Shown in pieces: positions 27,555 to 39,180 of a DNA stretch of 64,000 nt. The notes beneath the pieces were generated by a model. It had not been told where the DNA came from and ran no database searches. It saw only the letters and a program-made list of their open reading frames with translations. Position numbers and translations under genes: made by a program. Numbering within the stretch: the first letter of the stretch is position 1; every line of letters starts with the position of its first letter. The stretch comes from Podarcis pityusensis (lineage: Eukaryota): assembly GCA_964106645.2 (NCBI GenBank), contig OZ067041.1; one strand, written 5' to 3'.

Positions 27555-28250
27555 GACTAAGGGCTTCTGCCCCTGCTTGCATTGCTTGCCAAGGCTGCCT
27601 CCTCCAACCAACCCCTTACTCTATTGCCAACCCGCTGCTCACCCAGGTAATCCCCTAGAACTTCCCACCTGATGCAACTAGTACTATTGGCCCTGGGAAC
27701 TCCCCTCTCGCCCTATCCCCAACCATATGCCCTCAACCCAGGCCATAGCCCTCACTGGCTTTGCTTCACACACTGCTTGTGAGGAGAGTGGTATAAAAGG
27801 AAGATGAAAGGCAAAGTCAACAGGGTCAAATCTCCAGAGGACTTGGAGGTTGTTCAAAATCACAGTAAGCTCAGGTAGAATGTATACAGCAGTTCAAGAG
27901 GTACCACTAGAGCCAAGAAGATACCACAATAGTTAACAAGAAGAAGAAAAGGTAGCTGTTAGAGGCAAGAAGGCTTCCTTCAGGAAATGGAAGTCCTGAC
28001 CACATGGGAAGAAAAAGGAAGATTAACTTTGACAGAAGAGGTGCAAGGAAAAAATAATGGATGTAACCCCCCTCCACTATACCATTGGAACTGACCTGCA
28101 GATTCTGCATAAGCCCTCTCCTAATGCAACTAGCATGATCCTTTTTTTATAAAAGATGAGAGGATCAGATGACAAGCTGAATTTAAAGAAAAAATAATGT
28201 GCCCTAAGCACAACTGCAGTTGTTCATCATCATAAGTTAAGAATACTTAC

Positions 28251-28346
28251 TTGGGTGTTAGTATTAAACTGTTGTTGACTGCTTTTGTAACTTCCACAAA
28301 AAGTCCTGCCCGATCAAATAATACAGGATACGATCTATTCATACTT
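28251..28346 (-). CDS. TMPRSS15: Enteropeptidase exon 19 (SRCR)
   Basis: ttgtag|A AGT...CCC AA|gtaag; SMNRSYPVLFDRAGLFVEVTKAVNNSLILTP; phase 2-2. Confidence 0.88.
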
Positions 28347-31338
28347 CTACAAAGGAAAACAATGCTTGGAATATATTCTTTAAAATAATAATAATAAACC
28401 TTCTAGAAACAATTATGCCAAGTGCCTTATTAATATAGCAGTGGCTTTAAGAAAATGTCTGATGGATTTCTTTCTTCCTCTTCCTCAAGGAATCTTCCCT
28501 TTACAGATACATGTCACACAACATCTGTGATGTATGGAGAAATGTGTCCAGTAAATTGAGCAGTCAGAATACGACAGCCAACAATTCCTGTGATCACAAT
28601 GGTACTTTGGCCAGCCAAGGGCAAAAAGTGCTATACCTATCACAGTGTTGTACTGTTTCTGGAATGGGACTACACATGAACTTGCCAGACACAACCCATT
28701 TGAGAAAAGGGAATCAATCCACTTACCTTCTTCCTTTCCCTCCCCAAAATGAGGGATTAGTGGCATCAATACTGACAGTGCCAAATTGTACAGTTTTCAT
28801 CAGCAACCAGTGATGATAGTAAAATTCATTACGTATTCTGAAAATTTTCAGTTAGGAAGGATGCTCTACATAGACCAATGCACTCCCTGGTTTCATTCCA
28901 ACTATATCAAATGATGTATTATTATTATTATTTTACTGTACTTGACTGTAGTAAACAGCTACAGTCACATATAATCTGTGGATGTAAGCATTACACATGA
29001 AATCTTGAGCTTCTATACCTAAAGCAGGCTTTGGGGACTAGAGCAAGAAAGTATAGTGCATATTTTCTCCATGAAAGCTAGAATATTTTTTCCTGAACTC
29101 CATTCCATTTTATAAATCCTAGCATGTTTTAATTTAGGTGAGTAGGAGAGAAGGTTAATGTCTAACCCTTAGGACTTTCATTTTACTTACCATTGACTTA
29201 AATAACATTTAATTTTAGAAGTTCTGTATGACGGTTCAAACGTGATTTGCTCTTGTGTATTGTGGTGGCAATACCCAGTAGGACTCTTCATGCCCATTGT
29301 GATAAAATATTGAGGAAATGAAAATATAGGCCAAATATCAGCAGAGCTCTAGAATGCAAGGCTAAACATGCAGAAGTCATTGGGCGATTGGCAGAATATC
29401 CTGGAAGCTGAAAACTAGGCTGGCTAACACTAGTGTGGAAATACAGCTGGAGAACAATCCCACACTTGGCAGGAAGATGGACTAAGTGACCTAGCAGGTC
29501 TTTTCTATCTGCAGTTTCTTTGATTGTATGATTGACTTTGCTCTTGCCACTTTACCAAAGTGCTTGGAAGCAGCAGGATATGCGCAGAGGTTTGAGGGTC
29601 TGGCGGAATACAATACATCCATTATAAAAAGAATACAACATAGTCATCTTCCCCCAAAATTTCAAGCAACGGGGATGCTGTTGGCAGTTAGCTGAAGCAA
29701 CACACTGTGCTAAAGACGGCCCTAAACCACTCTTTCTGTTAAGCTGGTCAGTTTTACACACTGTTCCTCAAGTCATTATCAAGAAGGATGATGCTGAGCA
29801 CATGCCCAGCCCCTCTGATTTACTTCTCCTTGTCACCATGGGAAGACCAGACATTTCCAATTTGATCAGCAGTTAGTCTTTTTCCTCAGGAAAAGGCTAG
29901 GTAAAAAGTGAATTTCCTCATAAATCTCAACTGAAAAAAATGAACTCCTTTAAAAGATCTGCCTGCTCCACAAGCTGTTTTAGCTGCTCAGTTCAGTGCT
30001 ATCTCCAGTTCAGTGCAAGAGAGAAAAAAGCTAAAGTGCATTGCTTGCAAGTCTATTAGCTACTGGACAATGCTCAGGAGGACATCACTGGCATCAAATG
30101 GCAACTCCCTTTGCTCATGCCCATGCAGTTTTTCAAATATTAGGGTGGTATTCAGCTATATTTTATTCAGAGTAGAGCCATTGAAATGAATGAGCATGGC
30201 TTAGGGAGCAAGCCAGATCCAAGATCTGCCAGGATGTGACTTAGGATCCATCATACCATGCAGCTAGGGACCTAGGCTGAATCTTAACTCTACTCAATCA
30301 CATTGCCTGACACCCTGGCAGAAGTGAGGCCAGCAAAAAGGATGGAGTAATTCAAACCACACAATGGAAGTTAATAGAGAGGGCCCAGTCCTCAGAAATC
30401 TGGTCCTAGCTTGCCCTAATGCCCCACACCACTCTGAAAGAGCACTTGGGTAGGGGTGCAGCAGGGGCCTTGTGAACACTCCAGGGAACATATTTCACAA
30501 ACACTGGGCACTCTGAACACATTCCCAATGAAGTGCAAATGGGGAAGAAACAAAATTGTCATGCTAACATCTCTTTCCCAAGCTTTTTCTCCCCACAGGA
30601 ATGCACCAGCAGTAGCAGCTGCAATTTGGAGATCCAGTAACAGCAGCAACTGCCCACAAGGAGCAGCAGCCACAGAAAGCAAGGTCAGTTCAGCTAGGGG
30701 GATCTTCAACAGAAGACCAGGCAACAACCCCATTCCCAGTGAGGAGGGTTGCCTGCTAGTGTATCTCACCAAACATGGTTGCCATTGCTCCTCTTAGGGA
30801 AAGCCTCTCTGGCCACAGCAGCCCCACTGGTATCCTAAGAATAGGTCCCTCCTCTCCCAACTGGTCACAGCTGATGCCACACACAGCTGTGTGCCTGACA
30901 GGTGCTCCTGCCAAGCAATGGTGTTGCAAGTGTCTTGCTGCTACTGCTGCTGTGAAAATCATTGTCCTTAGCAGCCTACCCTACTTGGCTTAATGGCAAG
31001 GACTGGAATGATACCTACAAGAACATTTGAGGCTGCCCACCCAGATGGCCATGGTGCAAAGCCTGTCTCAGGATGAGGTGATCCTCGGTCCAATCCTGTC
31101 AATGGAAACCTTCTGTGGGGTGGATTTCCTAAGAGGTGAATGGCCCTGCAGAGGAGATGGTATATAGAGGGAGAGCTGGGCCTCTGAGAGGCTGGCAGCT
31201 ACAGGATGGAAGGGCAGCATCCTTCATGCTGATAGCACCCTTAAGATTAAGATGATGATGGTGATGATATCATCAGTTGTATGTTATAGCATTCTGTACT
31301 CTTCTTTAAAATAGTGCTACTAATAGATGCTGGTAATA

Positions 31339-31715
31339 CAGTGGTGCCCCACAAGACAAATGCCTCGCAAGACGAAAAACTCGCTAGACGAAAGGGTTTT
31401 GCGTTTTTTGAGTCGTTCCGCAAGACGAATTTCCCTATGGGCTTGCTTCGCAAGACGAAACGTCTTGCGAGTTCTTGCGAGTTTGTTTCCTTTTTCTTAA
31501 AGCCGCTAAGCCGTTAATAGCCGCTAAGCCGTTAATAGCCGCTAAGCCGCTAATAGCCGCTAAGCCGTTAATAGCCGCTAAGCCGTTAATAGCCGCTAAG
31601 CCGCTAATAGCCGCTAAGCCGCTAAGCCGCTAATAGCCGTGCTTCGCAAGACGAAAAATCCGCAAGACGAAGAGACTTGCGGAACGGATTAATTTCGTCT
31701 TGCGAGGCACCACTG
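31339..31715. mobile_element. Tc1/mariner-type MITE with internal minisatellite
   Basis: ta|cagtggtgccccacaagac ... gtcttgcgaggcaccactg|ta; subterminal gcaagacgaa repeats. Confidence 0.88.
31501..31639. repeat. Minisatellite of agccgcta / agccg(t/c)taat units
   Basis: Directly visible tandem array inside the MITE. Confidence 0.92.
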
Positions 31716-32290
31716 TACTCCATTTAAGAAGATGTCTTCTAAAACTAAAGAAAGAAGGCAGAGTGCATTGGCCAATGCAGGTTTTCTGAACGATTCAGCA
31801 TTTGTTATGAAAGTTTCGTTTATTTGTGGACTTTGCGGAACTAAATCAGCTATACTTCACAACACATTCAAGAGGGTGCCAGTCTTAGGGCCCTTCCTGC
31901 ATCCCTGCTCTTTCTCAAAGCAGTGTCATAAGCTGCCCACTGCCCTTTCCGAGAAGTGCCTTAGTGGAAGAACAAAAATATAAATATATAACCTCATAGT
32001 ATTGATCCACTAAAAATGATGCTCTCTATTAAGGATGGGAAACCTACGGCCCTCCAGATATAACTGGACTTCAGCTATTGTCATCCCTGATGATTCAGCT
32101 ACAGCTGATGGGAACTGGAGCTGAACAACATCTGGCGAGCCATAGGTTCCCTATTCTTTATCTACATTTTATTGGATAATCACACATGTATGTATACTGT
32201 CCTTTGCAAAGTTGGCCAATCTTCTACCAGATATAGCTATTATGAAGCATATACAGTCTGAAACAAAATGAATTAAACAGCCTTACTTAC

Positions 32291-32423
32291 CCAAGTCCCA
32301 ACCAGTGACAGACACTGCTTGACAATTGTTCAGCCCACTCATCTGCACAAGCTGTGTACCATTCATTCTCAACCTTGAACTGGACCAATCCATTGAAGCT
32401 GAGAGAACCATTGACCAAGCGCA
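32291..32423 (-). CDS. TMPRSS15: Enteropeptidase exon 18 (SRCR start)
   Basis: caacag|TG CGC TTG...CTT GG|gtaag; VRLVNGSLSFNGLVQFKVENEWYTACADEWAEQLSSSVCHWLGLG. Confidence 0.94.
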
Positions 32424-32617
32424 CTGTTGACAAAGTAAATAGACTCAGAAGTAAACTTCTAACAGTGCACTATAGATTGTAGGATATTTCCACTCATGAA
32501 GAGGAGGCATGGGCTCAACTTAAGGCATCCTAGCCAAGAATGGGAAAAGGGAACTAAGACTTGTGCTAAGACTTCTCCCTAATTTAGGTGTTTAGAAAGC
32601 TACTCTGAAGCCAGCCA

Positions 32618-32619
<2 letters not shown>

Positions 32620-32653
<34 letters not shown>
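32620..32653. repeat. (TG)n microsatellite
   Basis: Visible directly. Confidence 0.9.
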
Positions 32654-32656
<3 letters not shown>

Positions 32657-32867
32657 AGTTTGGGTCCTGAAGCAAACACCATTGCAATCATGAACCCATT
32701 ACCTGTAACCCAAACAGGGTGGCTGTACCATGGTTAACTCCTGAATGGCCAGTAAAAAGCTTTCATCTATCAGTTTCTTGCAACTGTATGTTGCTTAGCA
32801 TCCCTTAGGTATATCTGTGGATGGTATGATAAGTACACTGTTAGAGGAAACATATGGACAGACGATT

Positions 32868-34121
32868 TTACGAATGCCTTGACCAATAAAAGAGGAACAG
32901 ATCAGTAGGGGGTAACAAAGTAGCAGGTTGAGAGATTATCAGGGCATTTGATGGAGACGCCTTGTGGGACGTGGAGTGCCTGCTCTCCTCTCTCATCGGC
33001 ATAGAGGGGTCCCCTTGCGATAGGAGTCTTTGTTTGAGTAGATCCAATCTATCGAGAATAGCCTGCTGTTCTTCTGAAGGGAGTTTTCCATAAGAGAAGA
33101 TAAGATTTCTCTCTTCAGGGATATTCCAATCTCCGCTTGCAATTGGATCATTCCTCAGTGTAGCTAGATGGGCACTTGAGGTCGCAGATGGAACAGGGGG
33201 TACCCGGCTAGGTGTTTTCCCCTTTATTATAGGAACAGAAGGAGGAAACGAGCGTTCATTGCCGGTTAAGATATTGGCAAAAAGAGGTTTAACACTCGTG
33301 TCCTTAAAGACTCTTGTTGTTACAATCTTCCAGGGTGCCAGCCGATCTTTCTGTCTTGCAAGGAGATGTGGGATCCTTGCAGACTGGAAGGAGAGCATAA
33401 ATTTCCTTGGCCAGGGCGTGGCAATTAGGGGTACTACAGATATAAGATCTATCTGGAAAAAAGGAATATTTAACAAATCACGTAGGTACCCTTTAGCCAT
33501 CCTCAGGTTATTCCACCTAAGTCTGGGGGCGTCACGGGAAAAAATGGCTAGACATATTTTATTAGGTTGAAAAATCAAGGATTGCCTATTCCTTTGGGGC
33601 AGTGGCGGCCTGCATCTTGAGCTCTTAAGGTGAGATTTCTGGTCAGGTTGTCTCTTTAAGGCACTTACAAGCTGCGCAGGAGATTGATGCAAATTAGATA
33701 GCTCAGTTGAGGAAGGTAGATGAGCTAGAAGGGCCCGTGAAAGTTTATTCAATGACAAAGAAATCCCCTCCAATTCCTTGAAAATGAAGCTTAAAGTCCT
33801 GATTACCAGTTGTATTTGATCAGGTACTAATTCATGGGCAGTTTGCCCTAATGCGTCCCGTTTCAATGACGGAGGTGTAATTAGAGTGTCAGGGAGGAGG
33901 GCTTCCCTATGGCTTCCATCCCCCGCTGGATCAGCTAGCTTTTCCGGCTCTCCTTGATCATACAGAGGCCAAAAGCGGTTGTATGTTTCGACCGCAGAAA
34001 CAAGAAAGGTCACTGCAGTAGCAAAGTACATGCAAATAAAGTATTTCATATTGCACTTTAGGGATAGGTGTTCAGTTAACCATAACCACAGCCATAATTT
34101 TATGGGAGTAAAACTGAGCAA
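32868..34121 (-). mobile_element. Open 417-codon frame, probable non-LTR retrotransposon ORF1-like fragment in TMPRSS15 intron 17
   Basis: By far the longest ORF in the window; CpG-richer than its flanks; VETYNRFWPL (NRF-x-x-L motif common in LINE ORF1p), a heptad-like helix, then an RRM-like segment; no RT/EN, poly(A) or clear TSD seen. Confidence 0.6.
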
Positions 34122-35873
34122 ATAAATACTTGTATTATTCAGATTTTAAACCTTCTATAGAAATTACTGTCAACATTTGCAGGTTCATATTTGTTAAAAA
34201 ATAATAAAGTATAGTTTTTTTAAAATAAGCTTCTGCTACAAAAAGTAGACTACGGATAAAAAATGTCGTCTTCTTTAAATATAGCAAGATAAGATGTATT
34301 AGGAGCTGTATTTTGCCTTTGGACACATATACCACTAATGATACCTGCCAACAGATGTCTAAGAGTTTCACTACTAACAGTTATGATTTATCTAACATAA
34401 GCCAAGGAAATACGTGTCTCCAAATCTAAACATCCACCCACAGAAACGATTGTGTCAGACAGCTCTTTGTCTGTGAGAGCAATTTCGTTTTTTTTTAAAA
34501 ACAGACCCTAGCATCATTTTAACATCAGTTCTGCATATAAATTGGTGCACAGAGACCATTATTTCTGTTTTATGAGAAACAGAGCTATGTATGGAACATT
34601 TAATTTTGGAAATAACTACCTCCACAGATGGTACTGTGACAACAGCTGTCATAGTTGTCAAAGTAACCCGCATATGTGTTGCAAAAGAGTTGAAATGGTG
34701 CTCCCCCGCAGCTGTTTTATGCTCCTGTCAAACACTTTTATCAGGCTTACACTTGATCCTAAACTCGTTTGCTTGAAAGTGAGCTTGAGAATTTAGTCCT
34801 AAGCATGCTTTTTAAACAAACATTGAAGTGAATAAATAGGACGTTGCAGAGGCAGTAAATCTACAGCTCCTACGTGTATATACATTCTGGTTCAAGATAC
34901 TAGGCTGCAAGTCTCAGTCCTCAATAGTTTCTTCTTTCAGTTCAGTGGAAACAGAGCTGCACAAGGAGTCTAAGGGATATCATGTACTGAAGTCCCTTTA
35001 CCACTAAAATGAACAGAGCTCACAAAAGATCATGTGTATTCTCTGGCCCAGGGCATACTAATTCAGAGAGGGTATGTGCATAGATACTGAGCATACAGAG
35101 CTCAGAGTACATTTGGCTCCTCACTCTGTGGCCTCAGTCTGCTTTAAATATTGTATGTGTATAGATACAGCAGTATGTAACATGGTTTACATTTTGGTCG
35201 AGAATCTTGGCCTGTGTGAAAGTTTCAGTAAGGTCAGTGGAATGAAGCCTATTAAATATAAACCAGTGGGTAGATTGTTCCCATGGAGATAAAGCAGCTT
35301 GTACTGCTTCACATGCCAAAAAAAAGCCCTTCACCTACCAGAAAAGTAGATGTGCAAGCAGGGCATATCTACTATGAAACAAGTACATCTTTCCAAATGT
35401 ACACTTGCCTACTTGTGCCATCCAGTTTGGTTGTTGTTATAATTCCTTTGCTTGATCCTATAATCCACTCTACAGGTATAAGAGCTCAGGAGTTATAGCA
35501 CTTGTCCAGTGAAAGCAAAAATTCCATAAAGAAGTGTTAGGATGACTTAGTTTTCTAACTAGTGATCTCTGTAAACAGAGTTCTTAGTTCTTCACATTTT
35601 TTTGAGAGAGAGATTAGTACAGGAAAGGCGTGGTGATGTCACCGTCAAACAAGATAAAGTAACTGCTACAGAAGATCAAGGATAGGCATATTGTTCATTA
35701 CACTTAGGTAAGAAAGCTGGGATAGTAAAGCAAAGTTTTTAACATCTACTTTCCTTCCTGAAGATATTCTATATATGACAATTTCTTATTGAATTTGTTT
35801 TTTTACTTATTCAATAATGTCACATGTATTAGAAGTGGGTAGCTTGTTTTTCGTTTTTGAAATAAAGATTTAC

Positions 35874-35984
35874 CACAGTCTGATTCATCAGAATTATCTT
35901 TACAGTGCTGTGATTGATCACAAAGGTAAACCAGCGGGATGCATTCTCTACTTCCACACTGATAATAATTGGGACCACAGGGAT
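35874..35984 (-). CDS. TMPRSS15: Enteropeptidase exon 17 (LDLA2)
   Basis: ttacag|AT CCC TGT...TGT G|gtaaa; DPCGPNYYQCGSRECIPLVYLCDQSQHCKDNSDESDC. Confidence 0.95.
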
Positions 35985-36796
35985 CTGTAAAATAAAAATA
36001 TGTATCATATTTTTCATCTAAATGTAGCATTTTAATTATTGTACTGAACTCGAATTCTACATAATGTTAATAAACACAATCTGAATCCATTTTATCTTTA
36101 GAAACTTGAGGCAATTTTCTGGTCTCTCATGTGTAAGGGCATTCTTGCAACTCCTGCAAGAAGGACTTACAGTTCAAAAGGGCTTAGTTAACCTCTTCTT
36201 GTGAAGAGATACTAGGTTACCCTGATAACCAACATTAGTCCAACAGCCACTTCTTTGTTCCTCCATCTGTCATCAGAAGAAGGTGATTTGCAGTGGGGAA
36301 AGAGCAGGGAGGATGCTTAACCCTTTTCTTCATACTATTTCCTCTCTGGAAGCCCATGCTTTCTTAGACCCATGTTTTTAAGGGAAACACAGCCTGGCAT
36401 CCCACAGGAAACAGAAGTGTATGGGGTTGACAAGGAATCTCAGGGGAAAGTGAAAAGAGGGCAATTCCACCCCCCACCCCCACCCACTGGTTCTCTGCAG
36501 CAAATCATCCCTGCTGAGCTTCTTTGGAGTACAGAATTAGCCATTTGGCTAATGATAGGCAGAATAACTGAAAGTTAGTGTGTAAGATGTAGATTAGCCC
36601 AACAGAGGTCCTGATAAATGTGAATTACATTTGAAGGCTTTAGCCTTATACACTGTAATAGAGGAAGCTCCATTAAATCCAATGAAACTAACTTCTAAGT
36701 AGAAATGCATAGGATTGCACTGAAACAAATCTTTGTTCACAGTTTCATGTGCCCTTTTAAAATGTTTGATTAAAAATGTGTAAGTGTGAATCTCAC

Positions 36797-36937
36797 CTGG
36801 CATGCCTAAATTGTATCCTGTAGTGAAATTGGCTGCAAATCCTTTCTTAGTTACAGAATCGTCAGTAATGAAGAGTACAGTCATCTGATGAGTCGTAGAG
36901 AATATATCTGGCACCGGGGACTTTCCTGTATATACAG
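36797..36937 (-). CDS. TMPRSS15: Enteropeptidase exon 16 (CUB2)
   Basis: tag|CT GTA...CCA G|gtgag; AVYTGKSPVPDIFSTTHQMTVLFITDDSVTKKGFAANFTTGYNLGMP. Confidence 0.95.
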
Positions 36938-37784
36938 CTACCCATAGAGAAAACAGAAATAAAATATAGGTCAAATGCTTTCTGCTTAGAAATTGTGTGA
37001 AGTGTTGATATACATAAAAATAAGAAGAAAAAACCCAACCCCATAACTTTATGAGTGAAAAAAATGCCATTGTCCTTCATCTATATCTAGGGGAAACAGT
37101 TTTTCAAGACTAGTCTAGAAAAATTATCCTGAATTCTTTCAATATGTTTCATCTACATATATTGGTGAATTCTGCCCAAACTGGAATTTGTGGGGAAATG
37201 TACCTGAAACAGGACCAACATTTGTAATCTATTAGCAGTTCTGGTTCAAGCAAGTTGTGGGTTCACTACTAGAATCTGCCACATATGCATGGAAGTCTCT
37301 CTACCACATTGTGGTACAACATGCTACAATGGTGCTACAACAATACCTGACACACTGAAAGCCTTACTACACAGAAACCTATGGAGCATCATGGGATAAA
37401 CGGCATTTCAGAGTCCAGAATGACCTCTCTGTAATTCTTTTAACTATATCAGCCAATTTGGAAGTTTCAGTGAAATCCGTGTGAAAAGCCCACCAAATTG
37501 TTTCCGGAGTAGAACCTGCCCACTTCTAGTTTCACCTGCATTGTTGCAGCTAGTGTTATTGATGTTATATTTTTAACTCTAGCAAGGATAAACCATCAAA
37601 ATATTATCTCATGCTCAGCTCAGTGAAATTGTCACAAATGTACTATAAGCAACTTTCATGGTGTATTTTTTTAAAAAAAACCTCACTAACTAACTAAGGT
37701 CGCCTGTGTTTTCCAGAAAATATGAAATACTGCTCAACCACACACAGTATTCTAATTCTGCATAAATTTGTGGATTATACTTGC

Positions 37785-37910
37785 CTAAAAATAAAGAACC
37801 AGTTCCTGTGCCATCTCTGATTTCTACAACGTCATTAATATTTTCCAGATCAAGGTACTGGAAATGAAGTTGGATATTTTTTCCTTTCTCTGCATTTAAA
37901 TACCATACAC
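37785..37910 (-). CDS. TMPRSS15: Enteropeptidase exon 15 (CUB2), GC donor
   Basis: cctag|GT GTA TGG...TTA G|gcaagt; CVWYLNAEKGKNIQLHFQYLDLENINDVVEIRDGTGTGSLFL. Confidence 0.93.
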
Positions 37911-38991
37911 CTAGGAAATAAAAGACAGAGAAAAACAGTCCCTTTGTTTTACAGATATACTAGAGGTTTGATTTATCAACATCTCCACATAGAGAGATAT
38001 GAGTAGCAGCTTAAGCAAAGAGGCAGACATAACAACATTCTCTTCCAGTCTGAGAATGAATATAAAACCAATTCCTGCCTCATGTGAAGTCACTCTGGCA
38101 TGTCACTTCTTCCATTTATGCTCTGCCTTTCAGTATGAACATCTTTGAACATCAATACATCCTACAATCATTTACTTGGAATTATCTGACTGTGTTCTAT
38201 GTAATACAGAGAGACACAATCAAAACTGCATTTTGATTTTTTTTGGAAATTGCACCTTTTGCTGCAGGCTGTGGGCAAATGGAACCATAAATAAAGAGCA
38301 ATGTTATTTCACACTAGGGACAGGGAAGAAATTTGATTCAGTTTGCATTCAGAGGCAATCATGCCTAATTCATACTTTCTGTTACAATGAGAACCAAAAC
38401 ACAGGAATGCTTGAAATTCATACTTTTCTTAATTGTGCGATACAGTTCTCCAGTCAAGCAGTGTCTACAAAAATGCATATATCCTGTGTAAGTACACATA
38501 AAAATGAATATTTTAGTGAAAATAGCAAACAAAATGCACTTTATTAGGGAAACTGTTTGCAAAAATATGTGCATCAGTCAAAACTGCGTACAAAAATGTG
38601 TTTATTAGAAAAATAAATGCTCATAATTATTATTAGTTTTAAAATAGCAAATTACTGCAGAAATGTGGGGAGGAGTTTAAGACTGGAAGAATGAGAAACT
38701 GAGAGAACTGAAATTAACAGTCCAGTCCACCCCTATTCCACACCAAATAAAAGAGGGAATGCAACCATTTTAGTGCAGTGTTTAAGCACAGTGTACCTTT
38801 CTAGGCTTCTAGTAGGTTCACAAGATTCTCCTCATGTATAAGCACTGTTCATGACCACATACCATATTCAATCCAGTCTAATAACAGTTTATGATGTAAA
38901 TTGCTTAACAGAATTTTGTTGATTAAGTGGTATATAAATGTTGTATATAAACAAACAAACATTTATTAAGTTCTGAAGTTACAGTACTTAC

Positions 38992-39081
38992 AAGAAGCTA
39001 TGTTGGGGTAATTATTTGGATAATTCATGGAACTAAATGTAGTGTTTGGTTCCCACAGGTCAAATGGTCCACCGCAGTCAG
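38992..39081 (-). CDS. TMPRSS15: Enteropeptidase exon 14 (CUB2 start)
   Basis: ttcag|CT GAC TGC...TCT T|gtaag; DCGGPFDLWEPNTTFSSMNYPNNYPNIAS. Confidence 0.95.
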
Positions 39082-39180
39082 CTGAAAGGGGGAAAATTAT
39101 AAAGAAATGACAATCCATTTATTTATTGACTAGTGTACATCAATACAGTTGTTTACTTGGCTGAAAATTTAGCAGCTGTG

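Noticed and set aside
31501-31639. CRISPR-like array
   Set aside because: No unique spacers; an 8-10-bp tandem repeat inside a eukaryotic MITE.
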